This document shows, piece after piece, positions 19,401 to 29,236 of a DNA stretch of 64,000 nt. The position numbers and the translations under genes are program-made. Each line of letters begins with the position of its first letter. Position 1 is the stretch's first letter. This DNA comes from Elainellaceae cyanobacterium (GTDB taxonomy: Bacteria > Cyanobacteriota > Cyanobacteriia > CAKZMO01): positions 14,771 to 78,770 of the forward strand of contig JBARXP010000451.1 in assembly GCA_049647405.1 (NCBI GenBank), in the 5' to 3' direction. The notes under the pieces are model-generated. The model did no database searches and was not told the DNA's origin. It saw only the letters and a list, made by a program, of their open reading frames with translations.

Positions 19401-21398
19401 ATGAAATATCATAATATTCAGAAACTGAGTCGGTTTCTGATAGTGCATCCTGCGGTCTTAGGAGCTTCGGTTTTGGCGATCGCTGGTTCCCTTGTGTTAG
19501 GGGGAGAAGTTCGCTCTGCCGAATCATTAGGCAGTGAATCTTTAGGTCGTGAGTCTTTTGAGGGTTTGTCATCTTCTACATTCAGCCCAGCGTCTGAGAG
19601 TGCGGCGACAGGTTTGGCGACCAGCGCGGCCACACCTGAAGGCTTGTCGGCAGATGTATACAGCGTCCCAACAAACAGCGTCCCAACAAACAGCGTCCCA
19701 ACATCAATTCTTCAGGATTTGGAAGCGCCATCTCTGATGGCAGATGTCTCAGTCGGGCAACCCTCATCTTCTGTAAGCGGCATGTCTAGAGTCACTGGCG
19801 TGGGCCAGCTTGATACCGGGCGCGTCGCCAACGAACCGATGGGGCAAGTCACATCGATTTCTCAACTATCAGATGTGCAGCCGACTGACTGGGCATTTCA
19901 GGCTTTACAGTCACTTGTCGAGCGATATGGCTGCATCGCGGGTTACCCCGACGGTACCTTTCGGGGCAATAGCTCTCTCAGCCGCTATGAATTTGCCGCA
20001 GGTCTAAATGCTTGCCTCGACCGCATCAACGAACTACTGGCGGCAGGTCTGGCCGACCTCGCAAACCGAGAAGATTTGCTCATCCTCCAGCGACTCCAGG
20101 AAGAATTTGCCGCCGAACTTGCTGCCCTCCGAGGTCGTGTTGATGCCCTCGAAGCTCGAACGGCTGAGCTAGAAGCAAACCAGTTTTCGACAACCGCTAA
20201 ACTGAATGCGGTCACGGTCTTTCATGTCAGCGATTTGGGCTTCAGTGGCGATCTAGAGCGAGAGATTGGCGCACGCGGAGCCGATGGTCGCCCTCTCAGT
20301 GTCGAATCAGACGACGACTCCCAAACCAACTTCACTTACTTGTCGTGGATGAATCTGACCGCGTCATTCACAGGGGAAGATTCACTCAACATCCAGTTCG
20401 ACTTCAGTGATGGCAGCTCACCCGCGAACTCGTTCGTGTCGGCGGGTCTATTCAATACGTGGGGAGTTCCCTTTACCCAACAGAGTAGCGGTGGTAATAT
20501 TCGCTTGCGAGAGCTATTTTATTCTTTCCCAGCTTTCGACGACGCAGTAGAGTTTGTCGTTGGGCCTCGCATCAATATTTACCGTCACTTTGATGGCAAC
20601 CCCTATACTTTTATCTTGGGCGCAGTCGATAGCTTCAACAGCAGCGGTAGCACTCAGTTTGCTAGCCTTGACCGAGGGGCTGGGGCGATCGCCATCGTTC
20701 CCCTAGGAGATTTTGATTTCCGGATTGGTTATCTGGCTGAGTCCAATGAGTTTCTGGACAGTACAGCAACCGATCCTTCAGAAACACGAGGTCTCTTCGG
20801 CGGAGTTAACACCCTAGCGACCCAGATCAGCTATTCTCCAAGCTCTAGTTTCAATCTTTCGCTGCTCTATGCCCGAACCAACAACACCCCGCCCGGTGGT
20901 GAAGGAACAGTCGGCGGAGCCCTAAGCGAACCGGTTGGGGGCATTTTAGACGATGGTGTGAGTGGTGGCGGCATCGGCACTGCCGCAGCCAATACCTACC
21001 TCGCTAACGTCAGCTGGAAAATCTTGCCCAACTTAGCTGTCTTTGGGCGCTATAGCTACGGCGACTATGCCCTTTGGGAACCCAATGGCGGTGGCCGCAT
21101 TGGTGATGTGGTCGCTCAGTCGTTCCAAGCAGGACTCGCATTTCCTGATGTCGGCAAAGAAGGTGCGCTAGCGACGGTCTCCTACCTGATTCCCTACAGC
21201 TACATTGATGGGCAAGAGTTTATCTTGTCTGGCGGGGGCGACGGGGGCGTTCAGTGGGAAATCGAAGCGGCATATTTTTATCCCTTAACGGATAATATTG
21301 CACTGTCACCACGGCTCTATGTCATCAACAACCCCAACAACTTCAGCGACAACCCAACCGTTTGGGTTGGTAACCTGAGAACCCAGTTCCGGTTCTAG
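19401..21398 (+). CDS. outer-membrane porin with N-terminal SLH domain and C-terminal OprB-type beta-barrel
   Basis: Signal peptide after MKYHNIQ; SLH motif WAFQALQSLVERYGCIAGYPDGTFRGNSSLSRYEFA; coiled-coil linker; C-terminal aromatic-rich barrel ending ...LRTQFRF. Confidence 0.75.
   Translation: MKYHNIQKLSRFLIVHPAVLGASVLAIAGSLVLGGEVRSAESLGSESLGRESFEGLSSSTFSPASESAATGLATSAATPEGLSADVYSVPTNSVPTNSVPTSILQDLEAPSLMADVSVGQPSSSVSGMSRVTGVGQLDTGRVANEPMGQVTSISQLSDVQPTDWAFQALQSLVERYGCIAGYPDGTFRGNSSLSRYEFAAGLNACLDRINELLAAGLADLANREDLLILQRLQEEFAAELAALRGRVDALEARTAELEANQFSTTAKLNAVTVFHVSDLGFSGDLEREIGARGADGRPLSVESDDDSQTNFTYLSWMNLTASFTGEDSLNIQFDFSDGSSPANSFVSAGLFNTWGVPFTQQSSGGNIRLRELFYSFPAFDDAVEFVVGPRINIYRHFDGNPYTFILGAVDSFNSSGSTQFASLDRGAGAIAIVPLGDFDFRIGYLAESNEFLDSTATDPSETRGLFGGVNTLATQISYSPSSSFNLSLLYARTNNTPPGGEGTVGGALSEPVGGILDDGVSGGGIGTAAANTYLANVSWKILPNLAVFGRYSYGDYALWEPNGGGRIGDVVAQSFQAGLAFPDVGKEGALATVSYLIPYSYIDGQEFILSGGGDGGVQWEIEAAYFYPLTDNIALSPRLYVINNPNNFSDNPTVWVGNLRTQFRF
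19661..19705 (+). repeat. 15-bp tandem repeat x3 (cagcgtcccaacaaa) encoding SVPTN repeats in the porin N-terminal region
   Basis: Directly read. Confidence 0.8.
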
Positions 21399-21437
21399 AT
21401 CGCGCGCCTTACATTGCAGCCATACTGTAGCAATACT

Positions 21438-21473
21438 AGAGAGGGTACACCCTAACCAAGGAGTGCCCTCTCT
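21438..21473. terminator. 11-bp stem-loop (agagagggtac...gtgccctctct) between convergent porin and peroxiredoxin genes; candidate bidirectional terminator/RNA processing hairpin (no U-tract)
   Basis: Directly read inverted repeat with one mismatch and 14-nt loop; lacks U-tract so weak. Confidence 0.3.
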
Positions 21474-21547
21474 AGGGTCAGGTTAGATTAGGAACCTTAA
21501 AAAACACATTCGAGACGTTCAAGTCTATGCTGTGGCCTTAGCTCTTA

Positions 21548-22153
21548 TTAGCTCTCAACAGATGCGAAGAAGTCTTTAGATTTGATGGGATCGGGCGTCA
21601 TTGTTTTATCTCCGGGCTGCCAACCCGCAGGACAGACTTCATCAGGATGAGATTGAACATACTGAATGGCCTGCAATGTGCGCAGCGTCTCATCGACATT
21701 GCGCCCAAAGGAAAGATTGTTGACGGTTAAGTGCTGAATAACGCCTTCTTTGTCGATGATGAACAGCCCACGCAGGGCAACACCCGCCTCAGGATCAAGA
21801 ACGTTATAGGCCGTGCCAATTTCCTTTTTGATGTCAGACACCAATGGATAGTTAAGATCGCCAACCCCTCCAGACTTTCGATCTGTTTGAATCCAGGCTA
21901 GGTGAGAAAACTCGCTATCAACAGACACGCCTAAGATCTCAGTGCCCAAAGAATTGAATTCTTCATAGCGATCGCTAAAGGCCGTAATTTCTGTTGGGCA
22001 GACGAAGGTGAAATCGAGGGGATAAAAAAACAGGACGACGTACTTGCCGCGATAATCGGACAGCTTAACGGTCTTAAATTCTTGATCGTAAACGGCGGTA
22101 GCCATAAAGTCCGGTGCAGGTTGACCTACTTGCAAGCATCCTTCCATCGTCAT
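21548..22153 (-). CDS. typical 2-Cys peroxiredoxin
   Basis: Peroxidatic motif FTFVCPTEI and resolving Cys near C-terminus (VCPAGW). Confidence 0.85.
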   Translation of the reverse strand: MTMEGCLQVGQPAPDFMATAVYDQEFKTVKLSDYRGKYVVLFFYPLDFTFVCPTEITAFSDRYEEFNSLGTEILGVSVDSEFSHLAWIQTDRKSGGVGDLNYPLVSDIKKEIGTAYNVLDPEAGVALRGLFIIDKEGVIQHLTVNNLSFGRNVDETLRTLQAIQYVQSHPDEVCPAGWQPGDKTMTPDPIKSKDFFASVES

Positions 22154-22429
22154 TTCATTCTCCTTATTTACGTCAACACATCATGTCAGTCGCGAGCTAT
22201 GGCTGGCATATTCAAACTCTCGTGAGTGCCTTAAGCGATCGCTCGGGCTGAGGCTGCGTCCTAAAAAATATTGTCATTATAAATTGTTACATTTTCGTCG
22301 TGACATAATCACAGCCACAACGGATTTGAGTATAGCCCAAAGTGGAGTCAGCATCGATTATCATTCGGTTCAACAAGGCGATAGGATGAAGCTGAATTAA
22401 CCTTGAACGATTAGCATTTCATCCGTTCT

Positions 22430-24310
22430 ATGGATCGGTATTCAAACGGGCGTGTCTTGATGATGGCGATCGCCATCCTGGTTGTTACGGCCTACCTTTT
22501 GATGGCGTTGCATGGGGTGGTGCGTCATTTCTTCACTCCTTCATCTTCATCGTCTTTGCTAACAGATCCATTTTTGCAAAATCCTACGGCTGACTCGGTG
22601 CGAGTCGTCTGGTTTACGGAGTTTGAAGGCACGCAACATCAAGTGCGTTACGGCGACCGTCTCAATCAATCCGTTGCTGCCACGACTCGTAAGCTGAGCC
22701 GAATGCGCGAAGACTCACAGTCGCGGGTCGGCGAGCAAACCGAAGACGGGCAAATCTACAGCCAGCCCGTTGAGCGAGAGATCTGGCGACATGAAGCCGA
22801 GGTGCGCAATCTAGTGGCTGATACTCGGGTGCCCTATCAGGTTCTCAGCGTTGAAGCCAACGGGCGCGTGGCGCGGAGCGAGCAGTTTGATCTCGCTCCG
22901 CTGCCCTCCGCTGGCAAACCCCTCAAGATTCTTCTCACGTCCGATCATCAGTTGATGCCCATGACCCCAGCCAACCTCCAAAAGATTGTAGAGACTGTTG
23001 GGTCAGTGGATGCCGTCTTTTTAGCGGGCGATTTGGTGAATATTCCCGATCGCGCATCTGAATGGTTTGATGACAATCGAGGCAGAGCCTTCTTCCCGGC
23101 GATGCAGGGGCGCGCCCAGGCCGTGATCGAGAATGAGAACGAAGACTCTGAGACGGAGGAAAACACATCTGCTCAATCACAACCCGTTTACCAAGGGGGA
23201 GCGTTGATTCAGTCGGCTCCTTTGTTTACGGCATTGGGAAACCATGAAGTCATGGGGCGGTTTTCGATGGAAAAGGGGCTCAACGACCAATTCAATGATC
23301 CGGTGCCTCGGGCGATCGCCCAACAGCGCTATGCGACCCAGGCGGCAACCCTTAATCCTGGCAATGACCAAAACGTGCAAGATATCTGGGTCGAAAATCA
23401 CTCCTTCAACAGCGACTCCTACGAAGAGATCTTTTCTCTGCCCAAAAACCCCAGCGGTAACTCCCGCTATTATGCCGTCACCTTTGGCGATATTCGGCTT
23501 GTGTCGCTCTATGTCACCCAAATTTGGCGCGTGCCCAGCCTTGACCCATGGGCAAAAGGCCGCTATCGCGAGCGCGATGAAGACCTGAATCAGCCAGAAA
23601 ATTGGGGCTTTGGCCAGCATATCTTCGAATCTGTCACACCGGGCAGCGCCCAATATCAGTGGTTACAAACCGAACTCAACAGCCCAGAGTTTACCCAGGC
23701 GAACTATCGCATCGTCATGCTGCATCATCCTCCCCACAGCTTGGGCGACAATATCGTGCCAGCCTTTACTAACCCAGTCCAGTTCATTGATACCTTTTCC
23801 GATGGCTCGATTAATGATGGCTCGATTAAAGCCGTTCGCTATGAATATCCCCAAAATACCGATGCTTTGATTCGCGATGTCATGCCCATGCTCGAAGCCG
23901 CCGACACTCATCTCGTGCTGTACGGCCATTCTCACCTCTGGAATCGGTTTACTAGCCCTACCGGAACGCACTATCTAGAAACCTCCAATGTAGGCAACTC
24001 TTACGGAGCTTATCTGGACGATCGTCGGGCAATTCCGATTGGTTATCAGGAAGACTATACGGCCACGGGCGACCCCAATGGCTTAGAGCCTGTCATGCCT
24101 TCCCTTGCTCCCATCGTTGATCAAGAGGGGCGATCGCTCCCTTATTTAGCCAGTAACGACATCACCGCATTTAGCATTTTAGACACAGAGACCGGGGTGA
24201 TCTCCAGTTATCGATTTGATACCCGCACGCCAGATAAACCAGTCGTTAAGTTTGATGAGTTTTCGATCTACAACGGCCACTCAATAGCGCAAATCAGCGG
24301 TGTAAACTGA
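22430..24310 (+). CDS. calcineurin-like metallophosphoesterase (purple-acid-phosphatase-like), N-terminal TM anchor
   Basis: Motifs LTSDHQ, FLAGDLVN, GNHE, MLHHPP, LYGHSHLWNR in canonical order. Confidence 0.6.
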   Translation: MDRYSNGRVLMMAIAILVVTAYLLMALHGVVRHFFTPSSSSSLLTDPFLQNPTADSVRVVWFTEFEGTQHQVRYGDRLNQSVAATTRKLSRMREDSQSRVGEQTEDGQIYSQPVEREIWRHEAEVRNLVADTRVPYQVLSVEANGRVARSEQFDLAPLPSAGKPLKILLTSDHQLMPMTPANLQKIVETVGSVDAVFLAGDLVNIPDRASEWFDDNRGRAFFPAMQGRAQAVIENENEDSETEENTSAQSQPVYQGGALIQSAPLFTALGNHEVMGRFSMEKGLNDQFNDPVPRAIAQQRYATQAATLNPGNDQNVQDIWVENHSFNSDSYEEIFSLPKNPSGNSRYYAVTFGDIRLVSLYVTQIWRVPSLDPWAKGRYRERDEDLNQPENWGFGQHIFESVTPGSAQYQWLQTELNSPEFTQANYRIVMLHHPPHSLGDNIVPAFTNPVQFIDTFSDGSINDGSIKAVRYEYPQNTDALIRDVMPMLEAADTHLVLYGHSHLWNRFTSPTGTHYLETSNVGNSYGAYLDDRRAIPIGYQEDYTATGDPNGLEPVMPSLAPIVDQEGRSLPYLASNDITAFSILDTETGVISSYRFDTRTPDKPVVKFDEFSIYNGHSIAQISGVN

Positions 24311-24353
24311 TACTGCTTTCTGAAGTTGCATCAAGCAAGAGGGGAGGGGACCT

Positions 24354-25028
24354 ATGGCGGGATGGATTGGATGGAGTCTGCTGACATTAGCGGCAGCCTA
24401 TGTGCTGGGGGCAACCCCGACCGGATATCTCGCTGGGCGTTGGCTCAAAGGCATCGATATTCGTGAGCATGGTTCAGGCTCGACAGGGGCAACCAATGTT
24501 TTGAGAACCCTAGGCAAAGGGCCAGGAATCGCGGTGCTCGTTATCGATATGCTCAAGGGAATCGCGGCGATCGCCCTAGCACAGTGGGCGGCTGCACTGC
24601 CTGCTATGAATACAGCCGTGCCCGATGCGGTCGCGTGGGGCGCGTGGTTGACCGTGCTCGCAGGATTCGCTGCTATTTTGGGGCACAGTCGATCGGTCTG
24701 GCTGAAGTTTACGGGGGGCAAGTCTGTTGCAACTTCGTTGGGCATTTTGATTGCGCTCCACTGGCCCACCGCACTCATTGCTATCGCAGTCTTTGCCATG
24801 ACCGTCTTGATCTCGCGCATGGTGTCGTTGGGGTCTATGTTAGGAGCGATCGCCGTGCCTGTGGTGATGGCGATCGCCCAACAACCTCTGCCCAGCATCT
24901 TGTTTGGCATGGTTGCCGCTCTCTACATCTTGGCGACCCATCGACGCAACATTCAGCGCATCTTCAATGGCACAGAGTCTCGTCTGGGCGCTAAAAAATC
25001 TGGAGATCCTTCTTCCACTTCTGCTTGA
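24354..25028 (+). CDS. plsY: glycerol-3-phosphate acyltransferase PlsY
   Basis: HGSGSTGATNV and conserved TM topology. Confidence 0.85.
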   Translation: MAGWIGWSLLTLAAAYVLGATPTGYLAGRWLKGIDIREHGSGSTGATNVLRTLGKGPGIAVLVIDMLKGIAAIALAQWAAALPAMNTAVPDAVAWGAWLTVLAGFAAILGHSRSVWLKFTGGKSVATSLGILIALHWPTALIAIAVFAMTVLISRMVSLGSMLGAIAVPVVMAIAQQPLPSILFGMVAALYILATHRRNIQRIFNGTESRLGAKKSGDPSSTSA

Positions 25029-26361
25029 GATGACTCAACCGATTAAATTACATTTCTGCCTTGGGATGTAAGCTCTGTCTTGGGCTATAAGCAGGGCTGC
25101 ACGGTAGTGATAGCGTCTTGACAACGATATCAAGGGTGCGAGTTCAAGAGTGCGTGCGCTCAACAAGTCGTCCAGCTTTTACATTTTTTAGTACGAATAA
25201 AAGCCTTCAATTGCAATGACGTAAACTTTGATTTCAGCCCCCTTTTGTCGTTGAAACACACGTTATAGTAAAGGAGAAGTTAAGAACTTCCCTGACAGAT
25301 TTGACAGGTTGATTTATTGAAGTCTAATCGTCAAATGTAAGCAAATTAGAGAGTGTCAAGGTGATAAGGAGGTTAATACTGAGCTATTCAAATCTGTCTC
25401 GTGTTATCTCAATAGCGCCCGGTCAAGTTGCCGATATTTCCTCTTAATGGGAAAGGGGAGTTAAGCATTTTCTGTCCAAAAAGGCTCCATCTTTAGAGCC
25501 AATTGAGCTGAAAGTCTAGTCAGAAAACGTTACTCCAAACCAAACTTCAAAATCTTGAGGAAGCACTCAGCCATAGGCTGGGTGCTATTGTTTTAGGGGG
25601 CTGCAAGCCATCCTATTCCAATCTTTCCTCCACCTCTCGCAAATCATTTAGGATCGCTATATCAGCTCCACGGGCTCAGAAGATGATTTGTGCTTCTAAT
25701 CAAGTATGGAGGTATTCAAAAAAATCTAAAAATATTGACTTGCTATTCAGCTATTAATCTTAGTTCATAAAAGTTGTAAAGTTTTGACTTGCAGTTAGCC
25801 TATCTCTGAGATTCAAACTGTTTTAAAATCGCTTAAAAAGAACCGTTACATCATGTAAATTTGAAGCGTAAATTTTAGTATCGAACGAAGCATGGGAACT
25901 AGAAGCTTGGTATTCTAGAAGGTGAAGCAGTTGATGCTTCATCTGGCAGATTTAACAGCCACTTTCGTTCGTTAGATAAGAGGTAAAAGAGCTGTTTACT
26001 CACGATCTGCTTTGTTCGAACCCAACAGCGCCCAAAAGGAAAAACCGAAACTTTCCAAGATGATAAGCGGGAGTTCAGATGTGGCCTCTTCGATAAGATT
26101 CTCAGGTTTCAACTGAGTTTGAGAGAGAGTCACCCTGCTCCAGATAGTCTGTAGAAAGTTGTGAAGGTTAATCGGAAGTTTCCTTTTCGGGCGTTGTTGT
26201 CGTTTAAAGACACGCCGGATAAACAATACCTCGGCAAGATTGCAGCACAGCTAAATCTGCTTTTTTAGGGTAGGCTTGAAATCTAGGCTAGACTAGATCA
26301 TCTGATCCAATATGTTTTAGCCTCGCTTTGCCCCCCTTTTGAACAATCTGGTTGATGCGTT

Positions 26362-27129
26362 ATGGCAATCATTGCACTGAGAGCCTGGTATTTAGCAGAA
26401 TATGAGCCGATTCGAGAGATCGAAAATCGGCCCCCTGATTTGCGTCTTAGCCGCAACAGCTTGCTAAAGTCGGGGCTGCGCGCTGACTTTTTGGACGAGA
26501 GCCACGAGGTTAAACAGGCTGATTGGTTTCAAGCCTATATCTCTGGTGACTCACCTGAATTTTATGTCGAAGGCAGCGGCACTTACACCGTGGCCAATGT
26601 GGATTTAATTAGCCACGAAATTTATTTTACTAAGCAAGACTCATTGGCCTATCTAGAGCCATCGATCTTTTTCTGCTATCAGCTTGAGTATGCCGAGTCG
26701 AGCGATCGCCTCCGAGAAGAGCTTCAGCAAGCGATCGCTACTCTCAACAAGCGATCGCGCATTCCCCTAGTCTTAGAAGAATCCCATCGCTTGAGCGACG
26801 GCCCCGCCCGACTCAACAGCTCACTCATGCGAAAAATTCGCCAGAGTCTTCTTTTTATTGCAGATGCAACTCCAATTTTGGCGATCGGCGAAAGCCCTAC
26901 CCACCTAATTCCCAGTCCTAATGTCTGTGTAGAGGTCGGGTATGCCTTACAGTGCAAGCGCACTGAGCAAGTTCTCCTGGCCCAAATGGAGCGATCAGAC
27001 ATGCCAGGTATTTTTCCCTTTGATTTGCCAGGGTCTAACCGTCTTCAGTTTCGTAATACGTCTCAACTTAAAGCGCTTTTGTCTAGCACGCTAGAAGCCC
27101 AGCTAGATCGATTTAACCTATTCAGATAG
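26362..27129 (+). CDS. hypothetical protein; central region with TIR/SLOG-like Rossmann motif pattern
   Basis: 255-aa ORF after a 1.3-kb ORF-free AT-rich gap; contains HIP1 sites; motif order SIFFCYQLEYAES (betaA-like), IPLVLEE (betaB), LLFIADATPI, SPNVCVEVGYAL resembling TIR box1 / SPNY..S.WC..EL or nucleoside-deoxyribosyltransferase-like folds; assignment tentative. Confidence 0.5.
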   Translation: MAIIALRAWYLAEYEPIREIENRPPDLRLSRNSLLKSGLRADFLDESHEVKQADWFQAYISGDSPEFYVEGSGTYTVANVDLISHEIYFTKQDSLAYLEPSIFFCYQLEYAESSDRLREELQQAIATLNKRSRIPLVLEESHRLSDGPARLNSSLMRKIRQSLLFIADATPILAIGESPTHLIPSPNVCVEVGYALQCKRTEQVLLAQMERSDMPGIFPFDLPGSNRLQFRNTSQLKALLSSTLEAQLDRFNLFR

Positions 27130-27186
27130 CGAGACAGATTTTGGCTTACTTTTCGCCTCAATCCAGGCTCTCGCCTGATCTCATAT

Positions 27187-27432
27187 TTAAGATTGCTCTT
27201 CTTGTAAGATCCTTTCTTTTGAGTCTGCCCAGTAGGCGCTGCACGTCCATGACTCTCGATTTCCCTTAGGTTCGATAGTCCAACGATAAATGGCTGATTT
27301 GGGATTAACCCCCACCTCCATCAGCTTTGCGCCCATGTAATATTCCATCTTCATTTTTTCGCGATCTTTCATGGCAGGAGGTAGTCCTGCATCAAAAGTT
27401 TTGGAAAAGTGAGCTTGAGTATGTTTTGCCAT
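27187..27432 (-). CDS. small hypothetical protein (81 aa)
   Basis: ORF with plausible codon usage; no recognised motifs. Confidence 0.35.
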   Translation of the reverse strand: MAKHTQAHFSKTFDAGLPPAMKDREKMKMEYYMGAKLMEVGVNPKSAIYRWTIEPKGNRESWTCSAYWADSKERILQEEQS

Positions 27433-27675
27433 ACGGTTGAGTGGCTGTTCGAATAAAAAGTCATGATTTCTGACTATACCGTTTCATTAGGATCGCGCGC
27501 CAGACCCTTTTCACGGAGCGATCGCACCTTCTTCAAAGCCCCTATCTCTTGAAGTCCCGTAAAAATCGCGTCACAATGAGAAGTAAAGATTCGTAAATTT
27601 CTCTCTGCTCTCGGCTAGCCCCTCGGAGGAATTGAGCTTAGAGAGTAAAGCCAGCTCGATGTTGACATAGTCAAA

Positions 27676-29055
27676 ATGTTTTATTCACAAATTTTGTCTC
27701 AATCTAAACGACCAGAGTGTTTAGATGAGCGTGCCCCAGGCTCAACAGAAACAACGATGCCTGTCGATCCGAGGGAGGAGTCTGAATCGACTAGCGTGAC
27801 GTTACTCGACTACGACGTTGTTATTGTTGGCGGTGGCATTGTCGGCCTTACTTTTGCCGCAGCGCTGCAAGATAGCGGCTTGCGCCTCGCTTTAGTAGAG
27901 GCCAACCCACGAGAAGTAGGACTCCAGCGACGACGGGCTTACGCTGTGACCTTGCTCTCTGGGCGTATTTTTAGTGGTCTGGGCATCTGGAAGCAGATTT
28001 TGCCTGATATCACTACATTTGAGACCATTCAGTTAGCCGATGCCCATTGTGGTGCCGCTATCGATCTGAAGCCTAAAGATTTAGGCACAAATGAGTTGGG
28101 CTATGTGGCTGAGCATTGCGTTCTTGTTCGAGAATTGTATGAGTTACTCGACAAGTCTAATCATGTGACCTGGTTTTGCTCTGCCCAGGTCAAGCAAGTT
28201 AGCTACCATGCTGATGGAGCTGATGTGGTGCTTGAGAAAAGGGCCTCGTCGGGTAGCGCTCAAGGCACCCCTGCGGAACAATCTACGACGCCTCATCAAA
28301 CAGTCCATTTGCGATCGCGCCTTGTGGTTGCTGCCGATGGCTCTCAATCTCCTCTCCGCAAAGCAGCAGGAATTCGCACCCACGGCTGGGCCTATTGGCA
28401 GTCTTGTGTGACTGCCGTGATTCGCCCCGAACTCTCCCACGGAAACATCGCACGGGAGCACTTTTGGCCCAGCGGCCCCTTTGCAACTCTGCCATTATCT
28501 GACAACCGCTGTCAGATTGTATTGACTGCCCCCCACGCCGAAGCTCAGCGCCTCCTGCAAATCGATAAAGCAGAATTCTTAGACGAGCTAAACCGTCGCT
28601 ATGATCATCAACTGGGGCAGCTCACCATGGAGGGCGATCGCTTTCTATTTCCTGTAAAACTGATGCATAGCTCAAGCTATGTGCGCCATCGGCTGGCACT
28701 GGCAGGAGATGCCGCCCACAGTTGTCATCCGGTTGGGGGGCAGGGGTTAAATATGGGCATTCGCGATGCAGCCTCTCTCGCGCAGGTGATTGATGAGGCC
28801 GTTGGCCGTGGCGAAGACATTGGCAGTATTCAAGTTCTAAAACGCTATGAGCGCTGGCGCAAGCGTGAAAACTGGCCCGTGCTGGCTTTTACAGACGTGC
28901 TCGATCGAGCGTTTTCAAATACTTGGGTGTTGGTTACGCCACTCAGACGCTTGGGGCTGCGGGTGATGCGCCAGATGAGTGTCGTGAAATACTTGGCGCT
29001 CCGCTTTATGACAGGGTTAGCAGGGCGATCGCCCAACATCACCCGACATCTCTAG
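27676..29055 (+). CDS. FAD-dependent monooxygenase of the UbiH/UbiF/Coq6 family (plastoquinone/ubiquinone ring hydroxylase-like)
   Basis: Dinucleotide-binding DYDVVIVGGGIVG, GDAAH, PVGGQGLNMGIRDAASL motifs; true start may be ATG 27757 (MPVDP). Confidence 0.75.
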   Translation: MFYSQILSQSKRPECLDERAPGSTETTMPVDPREESESTSVTLLDYDVVIVGGGIVGLTFAAALQDSGLRLALVEANPREVGLQRRRAYAVTLLSGRIFSGLGIWKQILPDITTFETIQLADAHCGAAIDLKPKDLGTNELGYVAEHCVLVRELYELLDKSNHVTWFCSAQVKQVSYHADGADVVLEKRASSGSAQGTPAEQSTTPHQTVHLRSRLVVAADGSQSPLRKAAGIRTHGWAYWQSCVTAVIRPELSHGNIAREHFWPSGPFATLPLSDNRCQIVLTAPHAEAQRLLQIDKAEFLDELNRRYDHQLGQLTMEGDRFLFPVKLMHSSSYVRHRLALAGDAAHSCHPVGGQGLNMGIRDAASLAQVIDEAVGRGEDIGSIQVLKRYERWRKRENWPVLAFTDVLDRAFSNTWVLVTPLRRLGLRVMRQMSVVKYLALRFMTGLAGRSPNITRHL

Positions 29056-29178
29056 GCAGGCTGTCCTATCCGCCTGTCTTACACGCCAGACGCAGACGCA
29101 AAATGTTTTTTAGGCTACTTTTCCGGACATGCCCGTCTACCGCAGAAGAATGAAGTGGTAGATGCACCCTGATTCTTC

Positions 29179-29207
29179 ACCCCGGCGCTTGCGTCGGGGT
29201 TTTTTTT
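29179..29207 (+). terminator. rho-independent terminator (ACCCCGGCGC-tt-GCGTCGGGGT followed by T7)
   Basis: Directly read perfect 10-bp stem, 2-nt loop, TTTTTTTT; 125 nt downstream of the monooxygenase stop. Confidence 0.75.
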
Positions 29208-29236
29208 GCTTGAATCAGAGACGAATTGGAGACAAA

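Noticed and set aside
22392-22425. Possible Pho box (ATTAACCT...) just upstream of the metallophosphoesterase gene
   Set aside because: Only one 8-mer resembles the cyanobacterial CTTAACCT repeat. The expected second and third repeats at 11-bp spacing are not present.
27187-27432. 81-aa ORF as a partner or antitoxin of the TIR-like gene
   Set aside because: It is convergent rather than co-oriented, so no operon structure is visible. It is kept only as a low-confidence CDS.
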